This document shows, in pieces, positions 19,464 to 30,412 of a DNA stretch of 64,000 nucleotides. Positions within the stretch are counted from its first letter, which is position 1. Each line of letters starts with the position of its first letter. The notes under the pieces are model-generated. The model was not told the DNA's origin and did no database searches. It saw only the letters and a list, made by a program, of their open reading frames with translations. The DNA is from a plasmid, in the sequence record NZ_CP110904.1; one strand, given 5' to 3'. Made by a program: the position numbers and the translations under genes.

Positions 19464-19835
19464 AAATGCCTCTTCTAGAAAGTACAGTAATAATACCGGA
19501 TGAGTGTCGGCAATATTTTCGTTAAGAGGGCTAATTTCTGCGCTTAGGCAAAATAGAAGTTGAATTCATCTGTAGTATCCGCACAGAGAGACTTTTAAGT
19601 GCCGTCTTTGGATAGGATTTTTTAGTGTCGTAAAGCTGAAGAAAACGTCATTTATGTGTGTTTTTATCAAGTGTACATAAAGTAGAGCAAGACAATTTTT
19701 AAAAACGAAGGATTCTTTTTTAACAATAACTTACGTGTGTTTCTTGCCTCGTTTTTGTTGACCTAAAGCAACCATTAGTGTATAAATTCCATATCAAAAG
19801 TGGTGGGTTAATTAAACCAATTCGAGGGGTTCTGC

Positions 19836-20870
19836 ATGACTGAATTAGTAAAAACAAAACTGGCTGTAGCTGAATCAAACTCTACTGAATTAGAGACACT
19901 TAAAGTTGTTATTGATGATGGTAGTAAAGCGGCAAAACTGGTTTGTGTTAACAATCAAGGTGACCTTGTTCCCTTATTGACTCAAAATAGTTTCGTTGCA
20001 GATTTCCGGGTAAGCCATGACGGGCTTATTCCGTTTAATTACCTTATTGATGGCCTTCAACGATTCTCTCATCACAGTGAATCTAGTAATGCCCTTGAAA
20101 CTACCGACGTTGCGCATCAGTACGATGAGATCAGTCGTCTGAATGTTCACCATGCTCTTCATTCCTCTGGTTTAGAGCCGCAGGATGTTCATCTCTATGT
20201 AACATTGCCACTTAGTCAGTTTTATACCGCTTTGGGTGAAACCAATGACGAAAACATCCAACGGAAAAAAGACAACCTGATGAAGCCGGTTGAACGTTAT
20301 ATTGATGGTAAGCGTGTTTCATTTAATGTTGTTTCAGTTACCGTGTTTCCTGAGTCACTTCCGGCGGTAACTCGTGCAGATGAAATTGAGTTAATTGAAT
20401 CTTTTGAATCAAGCCTGGTTATCGATTTAGGTGGGACAACACTTGATGTAGCAAGCATTACTGGTCAGCTGGAACAGATCTCCCGAGTCAAGGGTTTTGA
20501 CCGTATTGGTTGTTCTATCGTATATGATGAAGTCCGTCGTTATCTGGATTCTTCAAAGCTGAACGCAAGCTACGCGTATATTCAACACTTGGTCGACAAT
20601 CGTGATAACAAAGCCTCACTAAAGGTTTCTTCCGATGATCTTGATGGGGTCTTCCAAGCCGTAAATAGTGCCGTAGCGCAACTTCAAGAAAAAGTGATCA
20701 AAGCAGTCACTCAGGTGGAAGAACGTCCGCACAATGTATTCCTAGTCGGTGGGGGTTCTTACCTGATTGAACCGGCAGTGCGTGAACATTTTGATAAATC
20801 GAAAATCATCATGGTAGATAATCCGCAATTCGCTCTCTCACTGGCTATTGCAGATACTGTTTTTGCGTGA
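19836..20870 (+). CDS. parM: Type II partition actin-like ATPase ParM/StbA
   Basis: VVIDDGSKAAKLV resembles the ParM phosphate-1 motif (FIDDGSTNIKLQW). 344 aa. Confidence 0.7.
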   Translation: MTELVKTKLAVAESNSTELETLKVVIDDGSKAAKLVCVNNQGDLVPLLTQNSFVADFRVSHDGLIPFNYLIDGLQRFSHHSESSNALETTDVAHQYDEISRLNVHHALHSSGLEPQDVHLYVTLPLSQFYTALGETNDENIQRKKDNLMKPVERYIDGKRVSFNVVSVTVFPESLPAVTRADEIELIESFESSLVIDLGGTTLDVASITGQLEQISRVKGFDRIGCSIVYDEVRRYLDSSKLNASYAYIQHLVDNRDNKASLKVSSDDLDGVFQAVNSAVAQLQEKVIKAVTQVEERPHNVFLVGGGSYLIEPAVREHFDKSKIIMVDNPQFALSLAIADTVFA

Positions 20871-20895
20871 TGATGGTTTTGTAAAGGGGGGGGGT

Positions 20896-21573
20896 ATGAC
20901 AAAAAAAACTGAGAAGGAAAACGATCGCATCCAGATTAGCGCGTTTTGGTTATCGGAAAGGCAATCTCCGTATGCCTATAATTTTCTAAAAAAAAGTGAC
21001 TTAACACATCGTGGCGAACAGCTTTCCATAATAAGGTCTGCAATCACTACGGGGTTAGTGCTAAATAACCTCTTCCCCGAGCTATCAAGTTTTATTAATG
21101 GACTGAATGAGAGATTAACGGCTGCTGATCTAAATCGGTTTTTTAATGATGAATTTAAAAAGAGTGATTTAAGTAATGAACAGTTGAAAGAACAAATAAG
21201 TCTTATGCTTGATTCGAAATTCAACGATTTAATTTTAAAGATTAATAATTGCAAGAATCCTGCTGCTGTATTTTCAACTAATTGTCAAACTGATGTCAGT
21301 GATGCAGTAAAGCCTGAGACAGCAAAGGAACAGCGGTTGGAATTAATGTCTACAGAACTGGCCAAAAACTCCATGCCTGTGACTGTAGAGACCTTGCCGC
21401 CTGTTGCGATCGCAAATCAGAATGATTCAGTTCTAAAAACTAATCATGGTTCTCCGGACGTTAACTTAGCTCAAACCGAAACCATGGCGCTCAGTGAACA
21501 AGCGCAAGTGCAGGGTGTGACAACAAAGCAGAAGAAAAGGGCAAATGCAAACCTCGCAAATCTTGCAAAGTAA
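20896..21573 (+). CDS. parR: ParR/StbB-like adaptor protein (putative), with Q/A-rich C-terminal tail
   Basis: Immediately downstream of parM. Strong RBS GGGGG before the ATG at 20896 (listed ORF starts at 20848). Longer than R1 ParR, so confidence is moderate. Confidence 0.45.
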   Translation: MTKKTEKENDRIQISAFWLSERQSPYAYNFLKKSDLTHRGEQLSIIRSAITTGLVLNNLFPELSSFINGLNERLTAADLNRFFNDEFKKSDLSNEQLKEQISLMLDSKFNDLILKINNCKNPAAVFSTNCQTDVSDAVKPETAKEQRLELMSTELAKNSMPVTVETLPPVAIANQNDSVLKTNHGSPDVNLAQTETMALSEQAQVQGVTTKQKKRANANLANLAK

Positions 21574-21611
21574 ATATAGAAGTATCAATTGATTAAAATT
21601 TGTAATCTCTC

Positions 21612-21650
21612 AAAAAAGTCAGCTTACCAGCTGGCTTTTTTGTTGGTATA
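21612..21650 (+). terminator. Terminator-like hairpin after parR
   Basis: aaaaaagtCAGCttaccaGCTGgcttttttg, with a T-run following the stem. Confidence 0.45.
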
Positions 21651-22137
21651 TTATTAGTAGATGAGGTTGGATGGTGAACCGGTTACATGTAGTTAATGGA
21701 ACACTCAATGCTGCATAGCAAGTTAAATAATTTCGTAGAATTATAGATCCAACTCAAAAACTCATTATGAACCTCTTTGGTTGTTTCAGGTCTAACCAGT
21801 TTGTTTTATGAAACCTAATTTTAGTTATGTATACTACTAAAAAAAAGGTGGTTTAGCTCCTGTTTATGGTTGTTCGTTTGCACGATTTAAGAACAGGTGT
21901 TAAAACGGGTACAGATTTGTCCTAAAGTATTGGTTGAAGTAAGAAATATCTTACTAAAATTGGTACTTATTTATTATTTTATGTAAAAAATCTCTATGCT
22001 TTACTGGTCAAGTTAGTTTTTTTTGTTACCCTAGCACCCTATGATCCTAAGGGTTTCTGCCGTGCAATCTGGATGAGCGTAAAGAAACTAACGGCATCAT
22101 GTGTAACTGTTTGATTATTATAATGAAGGCTGACTGA

Positions 22138-22590
22138 ATGTTATCACGCAACTCACTAATACATGGTTTACGTCGAGATCAGTTAATCGAAGTTCTGTCT
22201 ATTTCTGAATTCCCAGTTGTCCTGGTCGAGAATCCCTTCATTCAGCCTGAATCAACGGGCAAAAAACCTGTGATTTTTAATATTGATGAATTTCATGTTT
22301 CTATCGCTCCAATTTCCTCCCTTAAGTACGACTGGGAATGGGCTCCAATTGATACAATACTCATCGAAGTGGTCATTCCACCTGCGGAAGCAGACCTCGT
22401 AAGCGCCGAGAATGATTTTCTTCGCGATGCGGGTATTGGCCATATTCAATGCGAGCCTGGTGGTGTATCGATACGCCGTACAGTGACATTTGTTGGTGGT
22501 ATCACCGCCGACAATTTGCTGTATCAGCTTAGGCTTATGTGCGTGAGTGCTTTACACCTGATTGGAGAGGAACTTGAGGATGAAAGTTAA
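22138..22590 (+). CDS. Hypothetical protein (HtdA-position small protein in IncHI Tra2 order)
   Basis: 150-aa ORF with good coding continuity. No recognisable domain. Confidence 0.45.
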   Translation: MLSRNSLIHGLRRDQLIEVLSISEFPVVLVENPFIQPESTGKKPVIFNIDEFHVSIAPISSLKYDWEWAPIDTILIEVVIPPAEADLVSAENDFLRDAGIGHIQCEPGGVSIRRTVTFVGGITADNLLYQLRLMCVSALHLIGEELEDES

Positions 22591-23014
22591 TTACAAGAAA
22601 CTATTACCTCTTGCAGTGCTCGGTTTAACATTTGCGGGGGCTTACTCGCTTTTCAACGCAAGACCGGCGGAGCCCGACTTGTACGATTTTACTGGCAAAG
22701 TTCTTAAAGCCACGTCTGTTTTCCAACCCTGTGATAAAGAATCCACACCTTCGTTAAACGTTAAAATTGCAGATAACGGAAACATACATATCAATGGTGT
22801 TGCATCAAAAGTTACTTTTGTTGAAAAACTTACGCCTGATGAAATTTCTGTTAAGTGTGCTGGGTTACCAATCAAAAATGCTCGGCTTGTGCATACGAGC
22901 TCTTACACCATGATAATTTCGGAAGGAAAAGGTGGTTTTGTTATTTCGGATTTGATACGCATCCAGGATAATGAAGTCATCTCCGGTATATGGTTCTTTA
23001 AGAAGAGAGCATAG
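22580..23014 (+). CDS. Small exported protein (signal peptide)
   Basis: MKVNYKKLLPLAVLGLTFAGAYS, with GAGGA RBS. Contains the palindrome at 22808. Confidence 0.45.
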   Translation: MKVNYKKLLPLAVLGLTFAGAYSLFNARPAEPDLYDFTGKVLKATSVFQPCDKESTPSLNVKIADNGNIHINGVASKVTFVEKLTPDEISVKCAGLPIKNARLVHTSSYTMIISEGKGGFVISDLIRIQDNEVISGIWFFKKRA

Positions 23015-23016
23015 CA

Positions 23017-23574
23017 ATGAAAGAACTGGAAGCTATTGGAACGAAGACTCAGCGGTTTAGGGTGTTCAGCCAGTCAGTGGCGATGGCATTTGAAGTGAAC
23101 GTCGACAAAAGTCGGCCTGCTGATAATTCAGCCTTCATAAGCGAGGCTGAAAAATATTACCTTACTCTCCAATTCGCCCCTCCGGCTGACAATAGAGAAT
23201 ATGGGTGGAATTCAGAGGGAAGTATTCTCATGAAACTATCCCAAAACGAAGCCATGGCGCTGGCTTCTGTCTTCCTGAGAATTAAACCTACACTTAAAAT
23301 TGAAAAGAGAAAAACCACGCATCGCACACACCAGGCTTACAAAAATATCACTATCGGCCCAAATGACCGTGGGGGCTTGTTAGTCACGTCAGGCATTGTT
23401 CCGGTCGAAAGGGGTTCATTTAAACCCATAAATTATAATCTTCCCGTAACGCAAATGGATTGTGTTTCAACAGGACTTTTTTTGCTTGGATTCTTGACGC
23501 TTAAGATGCCATGGGTATCCTCAGAATCGATAATAACTGCTCTGCGCCTTTCGGAGTCGAAAAGCTGTCAGTGA
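23017..23574 (+). CDS. Hypothetical protein
   Basis: 185-aa ORF, 3 bp after the previous gene's stop. Confidence 0.45.
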   Translation: MKELEAIGTKTQRFRVFSQSVAMAFEVNVDKSRPADNSAFISEAEKYYLTLQFAPPADNREYGWNSEGSILMKLSQNEAMALASVFLRIKPTLKIEKRKTTHRTHQAYKNITIGPNDRGGLLVTSGIVPVERGSFKPINYNLPVTQMDCVSTGLFLLGFLTLKMPWVSSESIITALRLSESKSCQ

Positions 23575-23685
23575 GTTAAAAATCTTCAATTTTTAGCAAA
23601 AAATTAATATTTTTTTTCCTCTTAACGAACAAGATTTCAGATTTTTTTATCGTAGAGTAATTTTAATTCTGCGTAAAAAAAACAG

Positions 23686-26600
23686 GTGTTCGTCATGAGA
23701 AAATCAGGTTTATGTTTAACCCTGTTGTTTTCTTTAATTGCCTCGATTAAGTCGGTACATGCCGAGGCAATTATGATTTCCGGAAAACTCCAGGCTGATA
23801 TGCCTGCCGTCACGTTTAATCCCGGCCCGGGCGATTTTGTTGCATTCGTAAACAATAATATAATTACTGCCTCAGGCTCTGGAACCGCATGTAATGTGAC
23901 GGTTGATGATCGTGCGACATCAACGGTGGATAATCTTGTCTGCTTCTTTGAGTGGCTTCCAAATAGCTCTGGATTTACTGCTAACGGGTTCACGTTAACC
24001 GGGATTCCAAACAGCTCAGGAGACCTAAAACTCCCTTACAAAATTTCCTATTTTTCCGGTACAGAAAGGCAAAAAGTAGAAGTAGTGAAAGGGGAGTATA
24101 CAGTTAATGCTCTCGTACCGGTTAAACCGACGATCACCGGCCTAAAGTCGTCTATGAATGGGCTGGTTCAAGAGGGTTACACACTTAAATCTTATATTAA
24201 GGATGAAGTGATCAGGAGTTTTGCCGTCTCAGTAGAACCCCGCAATTTTGTGCAATATATTTCTATCGGATCGGGTTCTGCCTGTGAAGTCCCTATTGGT
24301 GGGACCAGTTGCACGATCGATGTAGGAAGTATTAAAGTAAGTGATTCGGATTTATTGATAGGTTCACGGGAAATAACTGTCACCGCTAATTCGAAAAATA
24401 ATTACTTTGCCCCTCCTGAAGCGCAAAAGCTTACGCTGACCTGGGACTACCGTCCTCCTGTTGTTGACCATACTCTCTGGAATTTCACTGATGAAGCTAA
24501 AACTATCAGTATTGGCGGTCAGCAAATCTATACCGGCGCTAAAACGGTAGCTGTAGTCGTCAAAGTGCCCCAGGAAGAGACTGAAGGCGAGTGGTGGCTA
24601 CCAACAGCTATGACGCTGACGATGGTGCCGGACGGGGTTTTCAAGCCGACAACAAAAGTAACTTTGGATGACGGTACGGTTATCGACTTTAAGCAATCCT
24701 GGGCAACACCGATACGCCGTACCCTCCAGCCCGTGAGCGGACCCCAGAAGGTCGGCGATGAGTATCTGTATATCTTTGACTTAACAGACCTGACGAATGG
24801 CTCTTATGCCGCCACGTTCACTATAGAGAATACTAGCAAGAATACGTCTACGTACAATGAGCCCGAAAGCAAACTGATGCTTTCTGATAACCCCACACTC
24901 ATGGTACTTAAGGATGGGGCAGCGCTGGCAAAACGAGCACCTGTTTATTTCTTAAATGAAATTATTGTTGCCGCATTCCAGGGGCAGGCCGGGGTTGCGG
25001 ATATTAAAGCCGTTACTATCGATAACAAAGTTGTTGAACTCACCCCAACGAACTACAAAGGCATTTATTATCTGCCGGTGGGGGATGATCTAGATGTGAA
25101 TGCTGACCACGAAATCACAGTCGTGGCGGAAAACCTGTATGGCAAGATTGTGACATTCAATACCACTTTCACGTATCAACCGACAGGGTTTGCGCTTAAA
25201 AACTTAGAAAAAGACGTCACCTTGTATTCTCGCGTTCGGCAATATACCGATCTGATGAGTCAGACAGCCGGTGATAAATGCACTCTCTTTACTACGGAAG
25301 AGAACGCGCAGGCTTATCTTGAGTGGTATGGCGGCAAATCTGATATCACTGCCTGTTACCCTCAGTGGAACAATGTACCGGACGGGCTTGAATTTTACTT
25401 TAAAGGCAGGACGCCAGGACTTACGGGGTTCTTCAATAAAACTGGCGAAAACCTGCTCGATTACCAAGTCTATATGATAAACGGTAGAGGCTCTAAAGCT
25501 GTGTCGGCCAAATACCGCCGCGTATTGACAACTCAACTGCCATATAACCCAATCCTTACTTACAAGAAAAATAAGTTGGTAACTGGGATCAACCCTAACA
25601 CTGCACTAGCGTACACGACAGGTGGGGAAGCTGCTCGCCTCTTGGCAAAAGTGGTACCTGCTGATGTGACAGTCTATGTTTCGCAAAACGGGGGTGAGAA
25701 CACAAAAACGACGTTTAAAAACCGTTCATCAAACAACGATGCAACTACATTCGTTCAGCGTCTGAAAGTAGCCGCAGCCCCACTGTGGACGAAAAATGTA
25801 TTCGACATTGCTGTAGAGTACTCGAAGGACCCGACAATGCGGACCGCCGATACACTTAACGTGTATACGGTCCCCGACTTCAGCATTCGGGCTACGATGG
25901 AAGTCGAAGACAAAAAGACGGCTACTACAATGGAATTACCGTTGAAGGTGTCAGTTGGGCGCTATAACAATTCAACTCGCAAAAGCTCATTTAGCCGGAC
26001 GACAATGGGTGACTGGGATGTAACCATTTACGCTCAGAAAAGTATCTATGGTAAAGATCCAGAAACAGGCCGTTTTAAAACGACGTATGAACGTACCCCA
26101 TTAACCGAGGCATTGCCGGTGAATGATGCCGGGGTAGTCGAAACAAAAATCAAAATCGAGAATATGGACCTTGGGAACATGCGTCTTGTCGGGATAGCTA
26201 AAGTCCGTTCGCCTTTCGCTGATTTTGAATTGACCCGGGAAACAAGTGCGGTCGGCATACGTGTGTATAAGGGTGAAGAGCTGGAGGGTAATCTCTCAAA
26301 GAGCCTGATTATCGGCCGTATCCCGCTCAGTACGCTTGTGAACTTCAAATCGGCCAGCACAGCTAACTCTGATGCGCTTGCTCCTACCGAGTGGCAGGAG
26401 TCGTCAGACAATGGGCAGACATGGACGATGCTTTCGGACATGACTGGGAAGAGAAGTATTTCAATCAGAAAAACTGACGTCGGTAAGTGGCTCTACAGGG
26501 CCAAGATGACCAACAAGTTTACGTCAAAAGTGTCTTATAGCGACGTGCTGACAGTTGTAACGTACAAACAGCCTAAGCTAAGTATTGATGTTGCGGAAAT

Positions 26601-27993
26601 TCTTGAAGGCGATGATTTACCAGTCTCGTTGCTGGATAATGATGAGCCGATTCCGCAGGGTACGGCTGAAGTAATGTGGTCGGAAGATAAAATTAATTGG
26701 GTCGCGGGTGACACTACCTATACCGTGACTGCCGCTGAGAAGCTTCCGCCAACTATCTACGCCCGGATGCGCTATCTGGATTCAGACGACCTGGCTGAAG
26801 AGTCCTCCTGGAAAGAGACGTCTGCGCGGTTAACGGTCGCTAAACCCAAGCGCCTTTCCGTTTCAGTGAGCAGCATTTCAAAGGTAGAGGTGGGAAGTAA
26901 AGTTACTTTAGATGGTAAATACTCCAACCCGAACAGTCGGTACCAGAACGGAAATGACGTCATTGAAGAATGGACTGCCCCTGACGGACAGAAAATCAGA
27001 GGGCCTAAGTTGTCGATGACGCTGACAGAGGAGATGCTGGATAAGCAAGGCTATGCGGCATTTACATACAGTGCATGGCTCGCTGACAGCAAGGAAAGTA
27101 CCATTTCCACGCGGAAAGTATCGATTAAGTCCTGGGTGTATAAGTTCCCTGAAATGAAAGTCAGTACGAAGCTAAAATACACTATGGCCCCGTCGACCTT
27201 ACACGTCGCCCTGACCGGAATAAAAGACGGTGACTATCCGGGAGTAACTTATTCACGGGAGTGGATCTACGATAAGGAAAATATCTCCATTTCAAAAGAT
27301 GAAGGAGATACGAAAGAGTTTGCAATTGCGAAGCCGGGTAAATATACGTTGATGATCGTTTTCCGCGATAATCGTAATAACGAACAGCGTATTGAAAATA
27401 CCTTCGTCGTCGATGAGCAAACTCCGATGACTGTTGAAATGACCCCAAAATTCTCTAATAAGTTCATGAGGGCTCCTCTTGATGTCACACTAAGATCTAA
27501 TATTAAACTGGCGCACTCTGCTGACAGTATTGATACGGTGACGTATAAAGTAAATGGAGAGGTTGTCCAGGGTAGTAAAAACTATTGGGCTCAGGGAATT
27601 CCCGGTCTTACTGAGAAAAAATATGAAATCACGCTGGATGTTGTCAGTAAAATGGGACAGCGTGGAACAGCATCAGTAGATTTTGATGTTGTAAAAAACG
27701 CCGCTCCGCAATGTGTGCTAAGCCATACAGAATCCAATATGAGCTGGAGTTTCACAAATAAATGTGTCGATACTGATGGCAAACTGGTTCGTTATGAATG
27801 GTATATCAATGATGAACTAAGGAATGTTTTTGGCAGCACTGCGACACTATCGAAAAATCTTAATCGTGGGAAGCAAGATATCCGTGTAGTCGCATATGAT
27901 GATAGTGGAGATTCAGCAACACAGCGCACGGTCGTATATGGCCCAGATGAGGAAAAATCAAAGGCTGTAGAAACAACTGGTACATCGCAGTAA
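23686..27993 (+). CDS. rsp: Giant secreted bacterial Ig-like (Big) domain protein, RSP-like (1435 aa)
   Basis: Signal peptide. Long beta-rich repetitive architecture rich in T, V, S, N and G. Size and position match the RSP Ig-like protein of IncHI plasmids, which is required for conjugation (recalled from literature). Confidence 0.65.
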   Translation: MFVMRKSGLCLTLLFSLIASIKSVHAEAIMISGKLQADMPAVTFNPGPGDFVAFVNNNIITASGSGTACNVTVDDRATSTVDNLVCFFEWLPNSSGFTANGFTLTGIPNSSGDLKLPYKISYFSGTERQKVEVVKGEYTVNALVPVKPTITGLKSSMNGLVQEGYTLKSYIKDEVIRSFAVSVEPRNFVQYISIGSGSACEVPIGGTSCTIDVGSIKVSDSDLLIGSREITVTANSKNNYFAPPEAQKLTLTWDYRPPVVDHTLWNFTDEAKTISIGGQQIYTGAKTVAVVVKVPQEETEGEWWLPTAMTLTMVPDGVFKPTTKVTLDDGTVIDFKQSWATPIRRTLQPVSGPQKVGDEYLYIFDLTDLTNGSYAATFTIENTSKNTSTYNEPESKLMLSDNPTLMVLKDGAALAKRAPVYFLNEIIVAAFQGQAGVADIKAVTIDNKVVELTPTNYKGIYYLPVGDDLDVNADHEITVVAENLYGKIVTFNTTFTYQPTGFALKNLEKDVTLYSRVRQYTDLMSQTAGDKCTLFTTEENAQAYLEWYGGKSDITACYPQWNNVPDGLEFYFKGRTPGLTGFFNKTGENLLDYQVYMINGRGSKAVSAKYRRVLTTQLPYNPILTYKKNKLVTGINPNTALAYTTGGEAARLLAKVVPADVTVYVSQNGGENTKTTFKNRSSNNDATTFVQRLKVAAAPLWTKNVFDIAVEYSKDPTMRTADTLNVYTVPDFSIRATMEVEDKKTATTMELPLKVSVGRYNNSTRKSSFSRTTMGDWDVTIYAQKSIYGKDPETGRFKTTYERTPLTEALPVNDAGVVETKIKIENMDLGNMRLVGIAKVRSPFADFELTRETSAVGIRVYKGEELEGNLSKSLIIGRIPLSTLVNFKSASTANSDALAPTEWQESSDNGQTWTMLSDMTGKRSISIRKTDVGKWLYRAKMTNKFTSKVSYSDVLTVVTYKQPKLSIDVAEILEGDDLPVSLLDNDEPIPQGTAEVMWSEDKINWVAGDTTYTVTAAEKLPPTIYARMRYLDSDDLAEESSWKETSARLTVAKPKRLSVSVSSISKVEVGSKVTLDGKYSNPNSRYQNGNDVIEEWTAPDGQKIRGPKLSMTLTEEMLDKQGYAAFTYSAWLADSKESTISTRKVSIKSWVYKFPEMKVSTKLKYTMAPSTLHVALTGIKDGDYPGVTYSREWIYDKENISISKDEGDTKEFAIAKPGKYTLMIVFRDNRNNEQRIENTFVVDEQTPMTVEMTPKFSNKFMRAPLDVTLRSNIKLAHSADSIDTVTYKVNGEVVQGSKNYWAQGIPGLTEKKYEITLDVVSKMGQRGTASVDFDVVKNAAPQCVLSHTESNMSWSFTNKCVDTDGKLVRYEWYINDELRNVFGSTATLSKNLNRGKQDIRVVAYDDSGDSATQRTVVYGPDEEKSKAVETTGTSQ

Positions 27994-28017
27994 GACAAAT
28001 TTATGTACTGAAATAGA

Positions 28018-28046
28018 AGCCGGGACAGTAATGTCCCGGCTTTTTG
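28018..28046 (+). terminator. Rho-independent terminator after the RSP-like gene
   Basis: AGCCGGGACAgtaaTGTCCCGGCT followed by TTTTTGTCTTT. Confidence 0.7.
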
Positions 28047-28271
28047 TCTTTGGTCTTTTGAATTGATTTCGTCGGAAAAGTTACTTTGCATGAACGGTGA
28101 TACAAGTCTCATGAATCACCAATCAATGGCAATAATGAAAGAAAAAGAGGGGCGTAAATTATCAGAAATAACTGGCTTTGTAGAAATAATGACGGTCCAA
28201 AACATGGATAATAGGTATTAAGGTAATGTAAAAATTAGTCCTTTGGTTCCGGTATCTGAGAGAAGCAGGTT

Positions 28272-28784
28272 ATGAGCGAATACATACCTAAGAAGCGTGG
28301 GTTACTGAGTTTTGATTGGTACGTGCCGATCAATTTGGCAATTCTGATACTGGTACTGGCCATCTTCTTTACTCGATTTACATTTGGACATGGGCTATTA
28401 AATGGTTGTTTACCTGCTGATTTTTACATGATTGACTTGAAGGATAAATCTGTCAAGGCAGGAAACATCATTGCATTTCATATGCCAAAATCAGTCCGAT
28501 TTATACGTGAAAATGAGAAGGTTATTAAAATTGTGGCGGGGGTAGGCGGAGATCGCCTAAGAGTCACAATGGATGGCGTTTATAACGGGAGCAAGTTTTA
28601 TAAAGCTAATGCCAGACGTATTTCAATGAAATACAACATACCTGCTGAGTCTATTGAAAGAGAATTAACTATTCCGAAAGGAGAAGTTTTTTTAATTGGC
28701 CAAACGGATCACTCATGGGACTCACGATTTTGGGGGCCGGTTAAGTTGACTTCAGTTATTGGGAAAACATATGCGATCTATTGA
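28272..28784 (+). CDS. trhP: S26-family signal/pilin peptidase (TraF/TrhP-like)
   Basis: C-terminal GQTDHSWDSRFWGPV matches signal-peptidase box E (GDNRxNSxDSRYWG). IKIVAGVGGD matches box D. N-terminal TM. Confidence 0.6.
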   Translation: MSEYIPKKRGLLSFDWYVPINLAILILVLAIFFTRFTFGHGLLNGCLPADFYMIDLKDKSVKAGNIIAFHMPKSVRFIRENEKVIKIVAGVGGDRLRVTMDGVYNGSKFYKANARRISMKYNIPAESIERELTIPKGEVFLIGQTDHSWDSRFWGPVKLTSVIGKTYAIY

Positions 28785-30279
28785 ATTAAAAACAACGATT
28801 AAGCCTCTGGCCACCTGCCTGGCGTTTTACGCCTTGATGTCCACCGCTACGGCTAGCCCCCAGTATCAACAGGTTGCTGACGACATTGCTAGGCAAGCTC
28901 AAGTATTGGGCGCTCAGTCAACGCCGCCGGAAACAGCAGAAGGCCCGCTCTCGTCAGGCTCTCTGGATTCTCCGGATGTCCAGAAGTACGTCCGCCAGGC
29001 TGAAGCTTTGAAGCAAAACAGGGACATCAGTCAGCCAACGAATCGGGGCTATGTACCGGGTATGAATGCTGACAGTGTGCAGGCGGTTATCGATCATACT
29101 CAGGCTATACGCGCTCAGAATAATAATTCTGAAGCAGTTAATGACATTATTCGCAGACGTGATGAAATTCAGGGAAATATTCAGCTGAACGACTCAGCAC
29201 TGAAGTCTGTCGAAAATAAACCAGAAGTAATGCGCAGCCAGTCGACGAATATCGAAAAAATGTTTGGTACCTCAGGGATCACCGCCGCTGACTTCGAACG
29301 AAAAATAGATAGCAGACGGGAAGAGGTGCTTTCGACAGAAAACGGTATCACTATCTTTGCGTCATTTAGCCTGCCTGATTACGTCCTAGAAGATCTACTC
29401 CGTACCGCGTCACAAAATAAGGCGAGAGTGGTTTTTAATGGTCTGAAGAAAGGCACGACGCGTCTTCCGGAGACTCAGGCTGCAATCAATCAGTTGGTGG
29501 TGAAGGGGAAGTTTGACTCTCCACTGATTACGATTGACCCTGATGCGTTTGACCAGTACCAGGTCACGCAGGTCCCGACAATTATCTCCCGTGAGGAATC
29601 CCGATTCGCTAAAATGGTCGGTTCGTTTAACGTTGATTTCTTCCAGCGAGAACTGGCCAGAAATCCCGATCAGGATATTTTACCTAATGCTGGTACGACC
29701 TATCCGGTCGAAGAGAAAAGCATTATTAAAGAGCTCGAAGAGCGAGCACAAAAGTATGACTGGGAGGGCGCCAAGAAGCGAGCTGTTGCAGACACATGGA
29801 AGAACCAATTCATGGTTAATCTGCCTCCGGCTCAGGAGCACAAGGAATGGTTAATTGACCCGACTATCAGGGTCACTCAGGACGTGAAAGATAAGCAGGG
29901 CCGCGTCATTGCTTCTGCGGGCGAGCTGATTAACCCGCTGAGCAGGTTCCCGCAGAACCTCACCATGATAATTTTTGACCCATTGAATCCGGGGCAGCTT
30001 GATTGGGCTGAGAAGCAATATCGCCAACTTCTTGGCAGCGGACAGGTTATGCCGATGTTTACGCGAATTAAACAGGAAAATGGTTGGGACCATCTGAATG
30101 ATCTGCGCGAGAAATTTAACGGGAAAGTATTCAAAGTCAATGAGCAAATTATTTCCCGCTTCCAGATTAAAAACACTCCAGTGTTGATTTCAACTGAAAA
30201 AGATAAATTCCGGATAACGCAATTCAGTGAAGCTGAAATACGTGGTGTTGGAGAAAAAATCTCGGCAGAGGAGAACTGA
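28759..30279 (+). CDS. trhW: TraW/TrbC-like fusion protein (TrhW-like) with signal peptide
   Basis: 506 aa. Signal peptide (ATCLAFYALMSTATA). Positioned between the peptidase and TraU as in IncHI Tra2. Confidence 0.5.
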   Translation: MGKHMRSIELKTTIKPLATCLAFYALMSTATASPQYQQVADDIARQAQVLGAQSTPPETAEGPLSSGSLDSPDVQKYVRQAEALKQNRDISQPTNRGYVPGMNADSVQAVIDHTQAIRAQNNNSEAVNDIIRRRDEIQGNIQLNDSALKSVENKPEVMRSQSTNIEKMFGTSGITAADFERKIDSRREEVLSTENGITIFASFSLPDYVLEDLLRTASQNKARVVFNGLKKGTTRLPETQAAINQLVVKGKFDSPLITIDPDAFDQYQVTQVPTIISREESRFAKMVGSFNVDFFQRELARNPDQDILPNAGTTYPVEEKSIIKELEERAQKYDWEGAKKRAVADTWKNQFMVNLPPAQEHKEWLIDPTIRVTQDVKDKQGRVIASAGELINPLSRFPQNLTMIIFDPLNPGQLDWAEKQYRQLLGSGQVMPMFTRIKQENGWDHLNDLREKFNGKVFKVNEQIISRFQIKNTPVLISTEKDKFRITQFSEAEIRGVGEKISAEEN

Positions 30280-30280
30280 T

Positions 30281-30412
30281 ATGAAGATCGGATTTATTTT
30301 AGGGGCGCTGCTGGCCACATGGCTGACTCTGAATTACCCGGACCTGATGAGAGAGTATTTCAACAAAGTGGTTACGTATATGGAAAGCGTGACAACATTC
30401 ATTACTAAATAG
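30281..30412 (+). CDS. Small hydrophobic peptide (43 aa)
   Basis: ATG with GGAGAA RBS. Single TM segment. Listed ORF starts at 30227. Confidence 0.3.
   Translation: MKIGFILGALLATWLTLNYPDLMREYFNKVVTYMESVTTFITK

Noticed and set aside
19560-19835. Possible parC-like repeat centromere upstream of parM
   Set aside because: Only weak TGTGTGTTT-type repeats are visible. No convincing array of direct repeats could be delineated by eye, so no feature was called.
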